In this document: one piece after another, positions 23,675 through 36,903 of the stretch
Layout of the letters: each line of letters opens with the position of its first letter
Position numbering within the stretch: the first letter of the stretch is position 1
Source of the DNA: Bispira polyomma
Lineage: Eukaryota
Direction: 5' to 3'
Assembly (NCBI GenBank): GCA_965649765.1
Contig: OZ287749.1
Location: forward strand, 20,770,001-20,834,000
Length of the DNA: 64,000 bases
The notes under the pieces: model-generated
What the model saw: the letters and a program-made list of their open reading frames with translations, nothing else
What the model was told of the DNA's origin: nothing
Database searches by the model: none
Program-made: the position numbers and the translations under genes

Positions 23675-26600
23675 ATGAGTTTGTCAACATCATACCGTTT
23701 CGAGGCCATTACTGAAAATAAGAGTTTGCAGTCAGCTTTAAACCGACAACAAGAGCGAATACGGGTATGTTTTGGTAATCCGCAAATATCGCTCACGTCA
23801 ATCATAAACACAAAGAATACTTTTGTTCTTAAATTTCGTCTGTTTCAAAATCATGTGTGTTAATAAATTAAAAATATGCTTCCTAAATGTCTTTTATGAG
23901 TTTTAGTTTTTTCTTACTGCCGTACAGATATAAATGAAATTCTATAATATCCAGACGATTCGACCTTCACGACGTAGGATATGATCATGTTAAAAGTAGT
24001 TCTTGCTACCACAGCATTTTATTATTATCCTTAAGTTTTAGTGTTACACCTAGGCTAAGCGGATCACCCTGGAGCTAAAGATCGAACGTGTGGCTAGCCG
24101 TAAGATACAAGAGTCTGACTTACTGGCCGGGACCGCTAGTCGTACAGTCTGTTAGTGCGCGGATATGCAATTTTTACTATACAGTCCTATTTTAGGGCTG
24201 ACGTCTGGCTTGAATTTCTTTAAAAATGTCCTAAAAATGCAAAAACTATCAAGATTAAATGATTTATGTGTAACTTGCGACCACGGAAACTCATGACCAC
24301 TAATAAGTGATTTATGGAAATTAGGCATATCATCGTAGAAAGCAACAAAAAGTACCTACTTTTATAACTGTCTTTGGCTCAGGAAGAATCGCTAACGATG
24401 TGTTAAGTATTGATAAAATGGTGAAAATTTAATCAAATGAATTTAAATATTTAGAAATTAATACGATAGATATGTTATAATTATTAGTTTATTTTCCTCT
24501 TTTCATATTAGACATATGAAAGAAAGGTTGATAAAAATTTTTATCAAATATTACCTTACATGTATCATATATTACCTGATGTAAAACAAGTCTGTTATTT
24601 GCTTTTAATGTCTTCTAATTTCATTTACGTATTCAACGTAATTAGCACACAGTGCCCTTAGAAAAACACAACAGGCCTACAAAAAAGCATATCTGTCTCT
24701 TCACAGATGAAATGTCTGGAGACCCCATGTAGAAACATCAGTGCCTGTATTGTGGTGATCTTACTCACCTACATACAAGTCTACAATGTCAAGTTACACC
24801 TTCACTAAGACAAAAAAAAAAAAAAATGTGCAAATAATGTCACTACAGGAAAAAATATTATATAATTATTCCCAAGCCCAAAAATAACTGGTTTGATTGA
24901 ACACAGATGAATTAAAAAAGTGAAGTTAATAAATCTGCTGCAATTGGTATTTAGTTTAAGGCTGATTCTCGGTTTTTAAAATATACAGCATATCTTTTGC
25001 AGATGTGTTCACATTAGTAAATTTTACAATCTATCTGATAACGGAAAGCTCCACAATGAAGTATTACTATTAAAATTTGCTGTAAAACTAAAAGTTTTTG
25101 AAAAATGTATTAGGTAACTTTACTAACTTACTCTCATATTGTCAGTATGAAAAATTCTCTTAGCTTTTAAATGCAGACTATTACAAACTTCTACAGCCTA
25201 AGCAAGAAATAAAATGTGTTTTTGGCAAATTAAACTTAAAGCAAAATTTTGATCATTTACTATAAATTTTTACTGGATTTTAATGGCCATTTGTTGCAGT
25301 TAATGGCCATTTGCTGCAGGTAATGGCAGGACAGAAATAGTAACCTTGCTTGGGCTTGTATTTCATACCATTGATCTACATAATATATTTATTTATTTAA
25401 ATTTAACATTATTGTTTAAATAATATATTAGAGATTATATTCTAATTACATTAATCATGCTAAAGTAGCTAAACTCATTGGAAGTCATTAATTGTCACCA
25501 ATGGGTGTGCATACTGATTTTCCTAAATACAATAAAGTTGAGCCTTCAATATCTTTGAGCAAGGCTACTTAATAAGTCATTTTGTTCAGTGTTCAAATTT
25601 ATGACTAATTTCTATCTTTGTAAACCTGAGTGTAGGAAGAGTGTGTCAGTTGCTATCACAAGTTTACTTTCACAGGCACTAAAGGTCTAGATTGCGGTTT
25701 TTTATACAAACTCAGAATTGTACACAGTATTTATTGCAATTATTTGCAAAATACTTTTATGTTAAAAATGGCAGTAAAATTATTTTTTTCCTCTTCCAAA
25801 TTCTCATTTGCATAGGTACATGCTGATACATAACATAAGGCTGAAGTAATATCTCAAATAGAGAACTATACCAAACATAAAATTAGGGGATGTGCGGTTA
25901 ATGGGGAATGTGCGGTAATTATGTCGAATACAGTATTTCAAGTATTAGTGTTTTATATGTGTGGCAATATCAGATACAGTAGACTTGTAATATATATATA
26001 TAGTAGTGCCAACAAGAATGAATATTATTTGACTAGGGGATATTATTAGAATATTAGCTGTTTGTGAGGGGCCATACTGGGATATATGCACCCAAGGTCA
26101 GGCCAATATGGCTTGAGGACCGTGGCCAAGGGTGCATATATCCCAATATGTCCCTCACAAACAGCTTTTATATTCTGTTTATTATACCGAATCATTTTCA
26201 GAGGGCCATATCAAATTTTTGTGTCAGGTTTTATGTTACGTCATGTGATCACATTTTACCCAATAGGATCGCTGGATTCGCCGCCGAGGTATAATATTAA
26301 CACTTTTTTTTGGGTGCAAGCTGATGGTTGCGAGTTATATGTATTCCGATTAAACGTCCCAAAAATTCTAAACCACCATTTTACCGAAATTCTAGCCAGA
26401 TTTCATGTCTTTTGCTCCCAGCTGCTCCACGTACCGGAGGATTATGTATTCATACTTTATGTATTCATACTCCAAAATCCAACATTTGTTACTCACCTGA
26501 TTTTGATAATTGTATCCACCGAAAAACTCCGGTGGATACTATGGATTAGTCATTAGTCACGCCGCCGCCGTGTCAGTGTGTGTAGAGATTTTACTGTTAT

Positions 26601-29600
26601 CGCTCTACTGAGAAAACTTTTACACCTAAGCTCCTAAAATTTACAGGAAATGTTCTTTATTACAAAAGTTTGCCTGGGAGTAATTTTGGCCTCAGTTTGA
26701 CAAACAAGATGGCCGCCACGGGCGTTTCTTTCAAAATAATCAGGCTTTTAACTGTGTCTGTGTCTCAGCTAATGAAGGTTGAATCTCTTTACGGAGACAA
26801 GTTTAACGGATATATATGTCCTTAATAAGCATGCAGACATTTGACCTCTAATCTCCTCATTCAATGTCTTCGGCAGAGTGTTAAGGTACCCCAAGTGACC
26901 GATTTTGGCCAAACTTTTCCTAGTGCCTATATCTCGCTTAATATTGGTCCTAGAGGATTGAGATCTGAAACAAACTAATAGGAAATCATGGGCTGGGAAT
27001 GTTTTGATGTGCTCATATTTGACCTTGGCCCTCTCCTTCAAGGTCAAACAGGGATGGCCAAACCTAAAAGTGCCTATATTTAACTTATTTTTGGTCAAAC
27101 AGGTTCTGAATGTGAAACCAACCTATAGGAAAACCAACTCAGACTTAACTTTGGGCCCCTCGTTCAAGGTTAAATTTGGATGGCCAAACTTAAAAGTGCC
27201 TGTATCTCGCTTTTTATTGCTCCTAGAGGTTTGGAATATGAAACCAACCTGTAGGAAATCAAGGCCTGGGAATCTTTTGATGTAGTCCAATTTGACCTTT
27301 GGCCCCTCGTTCAAGGTCAGTCTTGGTCAAACTTAAAAGTGCTTATATCTCGTTTTTATTATTGGTTGTACAGGTTTGGAATGTGAAACCAACCTAAAGT
27401 AAATCATGGGCGGCTAATCTTTTGTTGTGGTCAAATTTGACCTTGGATTCCTCGTGCAAGGTCAAATGGGTAGGCCAAACTTTACATTGCCTATCTCACA
27501 CTTATTGGTCCCATATGTTTGCAATGTGAAACCCACTTGTGCAATTTAAGGCTTTAGCATAAATGCCCTATAGAAAATCATAGGCTCCTAGCTTGGGTGC
27601 CAGCTAGGGTGCTTACTACCTAAGATGCTTGCTACCTAGGGTGCTTTGTCTTTCTGGTGGATACAAATATGCATCGGTTCTCCGATGCACTAGGTCTAGT
27701 TGTGTAGTGGCACTTCATGGTATACATTGTGAACTTGTGTCAGCTCTAAATAGCAATTATGGTTTCAGTGTTTGCACCATATCCAGATTTTTATTATAGG
27801 TAATTTTATGGTACTGAAAGTTCAAATTAGATCTTCTAGATAATAATGTGTCATTTCTCCATGCAGAAAATTTGGCAACAATCAGACACAATTTGTAATA
27901 AAAGTGTACCATATATGTATAATGACATTTTGACAGTTGATAGATTTATATCTACCACAAGTAATACCTCTTTTACTATTTTATTTCTGTCCCAGTAAGT
28001 ATTTTTCCTTAACCTAAACTATATTCTTATGATAGAAGTTAGAACTATTGTATCCATACACCGATGTTGAGTTTATTCTGAATTAATATTGTAGCATGTA
28101 ATGAGGATAAAATGTTTCCTTCCCATCAATATGAAAAGTAAATTTACTTTTTCCCACACTGAGGGGCTCTGAGGGCATCATCAGTTTTTTTAAATGACTT
28201 ATAAAATTGATAACTGGCACAACTTGTCAAAATTTTTACAGCTTATATTTGTATTTTTATATTTGTCATTATTTTTGTATTTTTATATTTGTATTATTTA
28301 ACACAACATCTTTTTTTTACTGACCAAACTAGAGAGGCACTCATTAAAGTGTGTAGAATGCCTAAAATTGAAACAAAGTCCTGGACCTCCCTTTTTACTC
28401 AGATCATCTCTAAAATAAGATTACACAAAACTACTAAAACAATTTACATGAATTTGGTGGAGGAATGTGTCATGGACCAAGGAAGAATCCATTAAATTTT
28501 GCAGTGGATCTAGATGGTAGGTTCATCCAGGATTTTTTCTGTGGTGCATTGGTACTATGTTGGTACTATGCTGTTACTGTATCTGTGTGTTTATGTAATG
28601 TTTTGTCAATTTTAGGTTGATGAAATGATGGCCGAAAGAGAAACGCGCGCAAAGCTGTATGTATTAACTTTAGTAAATTCAATCATTATGTACATATCTT
28701 GTTTTGAAACAATGAAAAGACATGACAATGTTAAGGTTAATTTAAATGTCATAAATTAAATCTTTATAGCTGTGAGCAAAAAAAAATAACACACAAAAAA
28801 CAACATTGACAAAACTGATTACTGCTGACCTACAAATCTTTTATAAGTTCAAGTATGTAACTCATTACTTGTTGGAAGTTTATATTTTGACCAAAAAAAT
28901 GTTAAATAACCATTAAATTTTTACTGTTTTTGTGATACAGAGAGTGCGATGTAGGCCTCAAGTCAACCTGGAATGAGTCATTAGAACATGTAGCAGCAAT
29001 CCAAAAAGCTAAGAATGACTCCAAGCAAATCAGTTCAGAGATTCTGCTAACCAGGAAAGCTGCAATAAAGGTACAACTTCCTATTCAGTTTTGATAAATG
29101 TAAAAGACCAATACAGGACAAAGAAACATGATATAATAGATGTTGGCATATAATTAATAACTTAGTTTGCTTGTTACTTAGAAATGTTAGTTTTGCTAAA
29201 ACATTTCTTGTATAAGCTGCATATTTCTCAATTATATGTTATACATGTCCAATAAGGAAAACTCCACTCTGTTGGATCTGTACACAGGTCTATATAACCT
29301 CTTATGGTCTTACTGGAATGGTATGTTTGTGCTGCACAGTTTTACTTTTGACCGGTAATCACATATCAAATGGAGGCTAATTAACTGACTAAATTACAAA
29401 CTTTTTAAATGATTTTTAGTATGACAGTTATCATAATTTTGGGGGGAATTTTATTGCATATTAGTTAGAGCTTTTTCCCTGTCTTTGTCAAATACTATAC
29501 TTTGCATGAACAGGTTGTAGAAGTTATAACTTGTACAAGCAGTGATTTTGTACAAGCCATATATGCAGTATATTGTTGTATACTTGAACAGGTTCGACGT

Positions 29601-29693
29601 GCTGCCTTACAGGCCCAGTTAAACAGAGAGTATCAACAATATGAAGAGGAACTTCATAATCAAGGCAAAGCTTTTTATATCAAGCGTACCTGA
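23675..29693 (+). CDS. CFAP141: Cilia- and flagella-associated protein 141 (C1orf189 family), 120 aa; exons 23675-23764, 28616-28656, 28941-29070, 29592-29693
   Basis: Spliced: MSLSTSYRFEAITENKSLQSALNRQQERIR|VDEMMAERETRAKL|ECDVGLKSTWNESLEHVAAIQKAKNDSKQISSEILLTRKAAIK|VRRAALQAQLNREYQQYEEELHNQGKAFYIKRT*. The C-terminus matches the recalled C1orf189 motif VRxAALxxLxxxExxQYxxELxxxGKAFY. Phases 0, 2, 0 are consistent. Confidence 0.88.
26056..26166. repeat. Inverted repeat with 37-bp arms
   Basis: AGCTGTTTGTGAGGGGCCATACTGGGATATATGCACCC versus GGGTGCATATATCCCAATATGTCCCTCACAAACAGCT. Confidence 0.85.
26510..27701 (+). mobile_element. HINE-like element family 2 in CFAP141 intron 1
   Basis: 5' GTATCCACC..GGTGGATAC stem, (GCC)n, 4-5 degenerate 126-149-bp repeats, 3' subTIR GGTGGATAC, hairpin TGCATCGG/CCGATGCA and CTAG-TT end. 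Confidence 0.82.
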
Positions 29694-29950
29694 TTTTCTT
29701 GAAATAGCAGTAGTTAGGTTATGGAATAAACAGTGAAGGAAAACCGCCTGATATGTTTCTGTCTTGGATTATGCTAATGTATGGTTACCTTTTTGGGTTT
29801 TTTTAATTTTCTTGTTTTAATTTTATTTTTCCTCGACTGCTCAAGCTACTATTTCAGTATATTTTATTGATATTACCAGACTGTTGAAGGAAGTTAGTTC
29901 AATCTTATTGCTTTTTTCATCCTTTAGAAATGTTTGCAAATCTTTGAGTA

Positions 29951-30345
29951 TATTATCACTTGTACAATGTTTACATGTCGAGTTAGGTAATCCTAAAATC
30001 TATTATCACTTGTACAATGTTTACATGTTGAGTTTGGTTATTCTAAAATCTATTATCACTTGTACAATGTTTACCTGTTGAGTTAGATTATCGCAAAATC
30101 TATTATCACTTGTACAATGTTTGTAGGTTGAGTTAGATTATCCTAAAATCTTTTATCACTTGTAGAATGTTTACATGTTGAGTGAGATTATCCTAAAATC
30201 TATTATCACTTGTACAATGTTTACATGTTGAGTTAGGTTATCCTAAAATCTTTTATCACTTGTACAATGTTTATAGGTTGAGTGAGATTATCCTAAAATC
30301 TATTATCACTTGTAGAATGTTTACATGTTGAGTTTGGTAATCCAT
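29951..30345 (+). repeat. 50-bp minisatellite, ~8 copies
   Basis: T(A/T)TTATCACTTGTA(C/G)AATGTTT recurs every 50 nt from 29951 to 30301. Confidence 0.95.
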
Positions 30346-31259
30346 TATATTATACATCTATATTTAACGTTGCTGTATGGTATCAATAAAAACATATTCA
30401 TATATCTTTTGTGATAGAAGATACATTTTACCAATATTTCTTAAATCAGTATTGGCCAATAGGGGTGAGACCGTAGACCCTGTATTGACAACATTTTAGC
30501 TGCATAATGTGATTAAATAAAGATACCAGAATGCTGAAAATGGAAGCTTTTTAGTGCAAATGACTAACAAAATATATCCATTGAATTATCAACCAGGTTT
30601 TTTGTTGGCAGACTATTTGAGGCACAACGCACATGTTTTTAGTATTAGTTCTTGGCAGTAATTGTTTTCTATTTTTGTGGTATCCTGTATCGGGAAAAGT
30701 TTTTGAAGAGCGTAATCCCAGACCCAAATTTTCAGTACCATCTCATCCTTCTTGTGTAAATACACAGCTTCTGAAAGTTATATCCCCGTGTAACTGTAAC
30801 ATGTGACTAGTTTCAGTGAAATTCTATGTGTTTGTGTTTAACACCCTGGTAGATGGAAACTGATATAAAATATATTTTTGTTTTGTAAAGAAAAATATAA
30901 ATAACTATTAATTTTCTTTTAAAATGTATTACATTAAAGAATAGTATTAACAAGATTTTGCAAGCAGTATTGTGAAACTGTTCTCATACCTGGATATATT
31001 AAAACTTTTATTTTGTACATAAATTAGTAATAAACTGTATACATAGGGCACCCGTCTTTGTTTGATTAAAGCTATCGCAAAATCTATCCATTCTGTGATA
31101 ACTGGTGTATTAATTAATGCTTTGATAGAACTTGTACAAGGTCACAAAAGGAACTACTTTAGACAGAGACCATCTGTTCTTTATTGGCTAATAATAATGT
31201 TCTCATACAGCTTTAATTTGAGGTCTATTATATTAGTTTTACACACTTGTGCAAGACAC

Positions 31260-31477
31260 GGGGGCCATGGTGGCCGGGTGGTAAGAAGCACCTGGTTCAC
31301 AATTTGGCCTCTCACCAATGTTGGTTCGAATCCTGTTTGTTCCTTTATGTGGGAAATTTTCTCAGGTACTTGCTGTAGAGTCGGCAGTGTACAGTGGCTT
31401 CAGCACTGGTTTCTTTCACCATTAAATCTGGCCATCGTAATATGACCTAGGCTGTTGAAAGCGACGTAAAACCCAAA
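31260..31477 (+). mobile_element. tRNA-derived SINE family B
   Basis: A/B boxes (TGGCCGGGTGG, GGTTCGAATCC); tail GCTGTTGAAAGCGACGTAAAACCC; TSD TTGTGC(A/G)AGACAC. Related copies on the minus strand at ~2853-3078, ~41252-41437, ~41985-42125 and ~55672-55880. Confidence 0.85.
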
Positions 31478-32260
31478 TTGTGCGAGACACAAACTGAAAA
31501 GGTTTCCATATGAACTGGTTGTCCTTGTTTTTTCCCACCATCCAAGATTTGTAAGTTGGTTGTTCTTCTTAGGCTATTATCTCCACTTAGGCTTTAAAGT
31601 CTCCCCATCTCTGGTGAGAGGAAAGATGCATCAATTCTTAACTGCATATATAAAGTGAGCATGAAAAGCTGTATTAAAGTGAGTGGGAACAAGTATAGTG
31701 GACTCTGTATAAATTGAATGCCAAAGGATTTGGTTCTTGCTTAACTTCTACTTCTTCCTAATTCAGTCTAGTATGTATTTTTGGAAATTGGTTGTTTAAC
31801 TTGTATTCCTAGAGAAATTTCATTTATACTGGTTCTAGTTTACTGGATAGATGATGTCCTTGGGTTACAGAGTTACACATAACCTTTAAAGATCATGCTG
31901 ATCACAAACCTTTCCTCCTGTCCGACTATTGTGCATACCGATTAGGATGTGCGCAACCAAGGATGATGTCACCTCTCACCCGAATTTACGATTTACATCC
32001 CAAGCATTGGTTCTTTCACTTGTCAACCAATTTGTTAGTCTTAGCTCCCGCAGGAAGCATACAAACTAGCCATGCTGCCACAATGTCGCAAACACGAACA
32101 CCCATTTATACACCTGGGTAGAGAGGGACAACTTTGTGCAAGGCACCTTGTCCAATGGTTACAATCACCAGGCCAACAGTGAGATTAGAACCTGGACCCT
32201 CGGATCCAAAGTCTATACTCTAACCACTAGACCACATATAATGGAATCTATTTACCAAGT

Positions 32261-32514
32261 GGGGGGCTGCGATGGCCTACTGGTTAGCAAGCATTGCACT
32301 TCACAATCACTGGTCTCTCACTTCTGAGCGGCTTGAGTTCGACTCCTGTTGATGCCTATGTGGGAAAGGTGGTAGTTCTTTACTGTGGGACGCTGGTTTC
32401 AGTGCAGAACCTTGATCAACTGTATGCAGCGTTTCCTCCAGCGTTTCCAATTACCCGTCCCAATATAACCTAAACGGGTACTAGAGTGGACGTTAATTAT
32501 CCCAATTCAAATTT
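32261..32514 (+). mobile_element. SINE family A
   Basis: Homologous copy; TSD GAATC(T/C)ATTTACCAAGTGG. Confidence 0.9.
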
Positions 32515-32852
32515 GAATCCATTTACCAAGTGGCTTAGGAGATCGACAACATTACTGCAAGAATATGATGTTTTAATGAATATGGAATTTAGTGTACATC
32601 GATTGGAAAAATACAAAATGCTTGAAGAGCTGAAGTGGTATAATAAATTTGTATAATTAGAAAGTATGCTTTTAACAGTAAATTACAAACTTTAAGTGCG
32701 TTACAATCACCAATCTTTATGATATGTTACAATCACCATGTGTGTTTCACAAGCTGAAGTTGTATGAGGGAGTAAATAAATAAATAAATAAATGGGCTTT
32801 TAAATAACCCTGTAAAAATAAAACCATCTGTGTGTTATTTTTTTGTCTCCAA

Positions 32853-32858
32853 TTTATT
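32853..32858 (-). terminator. Candidate polyadenylation signal closing a ~4-kb semaphorin 3' UTR
   Basis: AATAAA on the minus strand at the end of a U-rich (minus sense), largely repeat-poor tract from 36903 to ~32850. Confidence 0.45.
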
Positions 32859-35257
32859 TAGAAGTAAATCTTAGTTACAGCTGTACTTTTTATGTTAAAT
32901 ATAAAGACTATACAAAAAGTTCACTGTAAAATGAACAACATAATATATACATCTATATATATAGAGCGAAATATAACTGTTTATAAATTACATGCATACA
33001 ATTTCAGTGGTTGTGGCAGTTAACAGTAACTATACCAAGACTGAAGAGGATTACCTTTACTTAAAAAAGAAAATGGTGACGTATTGAAATTGTGTCCGAC
33101 TCCAACCGCTTTATCATTTCTTAAAAAATTATATTCTATCCGCAATAAAGTACATCCATCTTTACATACTAAGCCTAACTTATAATCTGTCACTGGTTAA
33201 AATGTACAGAATATGGAACTTGGATAATAGGTGTCCAAATTACAAATACTTAAATCCCAAGCACAGAAGGTTAATTACATCATATATTTTTGAAGACAGG
33301 CTTTAAACAACCTCTATCAATTACAAATATTGAAATAATTCTGTAAAAAAATTTTTTGACTGAATTTACAGCAAATTTAAATTGTCCAAACTTTTATCAT
33401 TAAATATTCAATTAAAAAAACCCAATCTCTCAAGTTTACACTTTTCTTTTATTTTACCCTAATCCAGCTTTATACTAAACCAGCTTAGCTAAACCAGTTA
33501 TATTTTGAACATTCTAATATACACAGAAATGAAAATTTGCCTAAAATGTTTGATAATAAGAGGTTCCACTATAAACTGTATTACTATAATTACGAACCAT
33601 AGCTCATATATAAAACAGTTGAACAAATAGTAAAGCCACAATAAAGTAGGAAAGGTATTCTGAACTAAAGTATGTACAAATACGTGAACTTGTTAAGAAT
33701 AGGGAAGACTGAGTGACAAATGCGACAAATCTAATCCTCACAACATTAGTATCAAAAATAGTTCTGGAAACACATTGTCTAAAGTATTGCACAAGGTTAT
33801 GACAAACATTAGCTAATTTCTATTCATAAATATGTACCTGTACATATGTACACAGAGATATAAAAACAATGGTTCAAGACACTCTGCATAAGCTTTGGCA
33901 ATAACAAAGCAACAGAACAGAATCAAAGATGGTTTTCTAACATACTACAATAAACGTTCTTCTTCGTAGAGTAGAAGATCCAGTATTTAATGTTATAACA
34001 ATGCACAGAAGCGGGAAACATCTTAGTGATAAACTCAAGATCAATTAAAAATGAAAGTTTTTCATTTGTTGTAGTGTTTTTTTTTAGGGATGGGGGGGGG
34101 GGGGGAGGGGGGAAGACCAGTAATTTTTGTAAATTAAGTGCCTATTAACACCAAATCTGTTTTGCAATCATTAATTGAACATGTTTTTACACGGTCATGG
34201 CTATTTTAAATTGGGCAAATTTTTAAATGACAAGATAGAATTTGGAGCTTATATTTTGTATCTTGTAGGAGGAACTAAAAGGCATAACAATATAGCATCA
34301 CAAACTGGTGTTCTACAAGGTCACCTGCAATAACGATGGCTCTATAACGTGTTATAACAGAGTATACAACATTATATATACTTTTGGTTGTTCTATGCTT
34401 ATTTACACATATACATAAATCTCAAAATAAAAACATCAGGAATGTAACGAAAAATTAACATCTTCAAAAAGTGCAGAGAAAATACACATTTTTATAACAC
34501 TATACATTGCACATTGTAAACAACTTGATGGCTGATAACCACCATGAGATTCTGAAGATTAGTAACAACTGTAAATACAGGACTCCGATAAAATAAGAAC
34601 ATCTGAAATGGGATCTTAAACCAGCAGTTTTATTCTCACAACATCTTAGGCCAGTCTCCGGCTTTAGTTAGCTTGATTTCTAGGAATATCATATCTATGT
34701 CTATATAGCACTGATAACTTAAGTAAGATCCATATATCTGTCCATATTGCTGAAGTTAGCATTTAACAATTACAGGCAACTCTCTCAGTTATAGGTTATG
34801 CTTCATAATAGCCCACCCGCCCCAGTTTTCTATAAATACAGTTAAAATTTTGAACTAAAAAACCACATTCCCTACACTTCCTTAAGTTGAAGTTAAAAGG
34901 CCATGGGCTATTGCGAGAGAGTTTAGAGTATTTAAAATGTCTTTAGAAAAGCCCTCTCAAGCTGAACTTAAGACTCCACTCTAAGTGGTCTCTTTATCTC
35001 CGATGATTAGGACCAGACATAAAATCTGACAGCCTTTTTGAACTCCGGTTAAAAGCTCTTCTAAAACTAATGGCCACAAGTATGAGGTGTTTTTCATTAT
35101 ACAGGAGATACACACAGTCTTTCACTTGCGTTGAATCTTATAGTTTGAGATGGAGTTTCTTTGGGACAATATGAGTTCAGGTTATTTTTATATACACAGC
35201 TGACCTTTTGAATTGAGGCTGAGCTAGAGTTTCTCTTGATACTATGGCTCCTCTATC

Positions 35258-35372
35258 ACAGTGTATGTCAAACATCATGAATATTTAACAGTGTCTCAAA
35301 CATCATGAATATTTAATAGTGTCTTAAACATCATGAATATTTAACAGTGTCTCAAACATCATGAATATTTAA
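35258..35372 (+). repeat. 28-bp tandem repeat, 4 copies, in the semaphorin 3' UTR
   Basis: ACAGTGTCTCAAACATCATGAATATTTA repeated four times. Confidence 0.9.
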
Positions 35373-36903
35373 TCATTTTTTATAAAGTTCCTAGAATTTA
35401 TTGTCAAAATTACCCCCCACCTTGGTTGTAATAGATTTACAAACAAGTTTTCATCACATAAATTCCTGCATATAATAAGGAACGTAAAGCGTAAACAAAA
35501 TAACTTTGAATTTGTTTTGTTCACCATGATAATTGATGAAAATGTAATAATTACATCAATGAAGAGAATATCTGTGCCAAATGAAAACCTTTTATACATT
35601 CAAATAAGAATATGACGTAAACTTGAAAGAAAGAAACTTAAACACAAAACAGAAACACTAAGACATTTGTGGAGTCTACGATAATAAAGCAAGTATTACA
35701 ATGCCTTACACACTTACACTGTATAAACTGAATACTTAGTACAACAAATTAAGTTACTGAGTATTTAAATTCCCACTAAAACAATTCTATAGTTGCTTCC
35801 ACACACAAAAATGTCCAAATTATACTGCTACAGTCTTGAATTTCAGAAGCAAAAACAGAGTAGGGAATCCAAAAGTTCACTCCATATCTGAAATGTGTCA
35901 CTTGTCACAGAATTGACGGGAAAAATCCCATGTGAAATGGCACAAAAAATAAAGAATGCAAAAACTCTTATAAATTAGTTAATATTTGTGCAATACAGTG
36001 AAATCCTGTTAAGTCTAATTCAAAGGGACCAAAATTATTCTACTTAACAGACATTCTACTTAGCATGGTAAATTTTTATTAAAAAAATAGAAATGGACCT
36101 TAAAATAACTCCCGACTTAACAGATAATGCCACTTATCAGAGTTTTCCATAAAGAGGGTTTGACGATATATTTTCTTAGAAATACACAAGTACTCTGCAG
36201 GTGACAAACTTCAGCTACAGAGGTGACATTTAAGACTCCTTACTGTAAAACACCTTTATTTTTGGGTTAAAGCATGACATACCAAAGCAGTGTTCACTAA
36301 GAGATTCTGCAGTTTGCATTTTCTGCAGTCAAAACAAAAACTGTAACACATTGCAGTAAAGTCCACCTCCCGGTATAATAAAAATAATAATAGTAATATG
36401 TACATATATGTCTTCCTGTTGAGTTGAGTATAAGCCAGGGCTGTATTCACACAGATACTCTTGGAGATTTCTCTAGTCTCAGCCGATTAGGTTCATTTAA
36501 ACAATATTTGTAGCCAAGACAAAAACCTGAAGAATATAAAGAATCCTTGTGAATATACCAGCTCACATACTGATGAAAATGTCGCTTTTGTCCATGATAT
36601 GAATACAACAATGAAACAGGGCTCCTGGTAATCTCGAAATACACTCCTGCTGAAACTCATACTCAACTTAAATTTAGGCTTTTATCTGGAAATCCTTATT
36701 CATGGAAATAACCTATACTTGTGACCATTCATTTTAATAGAGCTTTCATCACTGAATTCAAATATGAAGTCAGATTTTAGAGAATCCAGATTTGAGTTGA
36801 GTATGAGTTCGAGAAAACTGGCCCAGAAGAGTATGGTTAAGTTTGATGAGAATGCTGATGATGCTGTGAGCTGCTGCTGCTGCTTTGTACTGGCTGGCCA
36901 TGT

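Noticed and set aside
26086-26556. 156-aa ORF in CFAP141 intron 1
   Set aside because: It spans a palindromic repeat and an element junction, with no recognisable domain.
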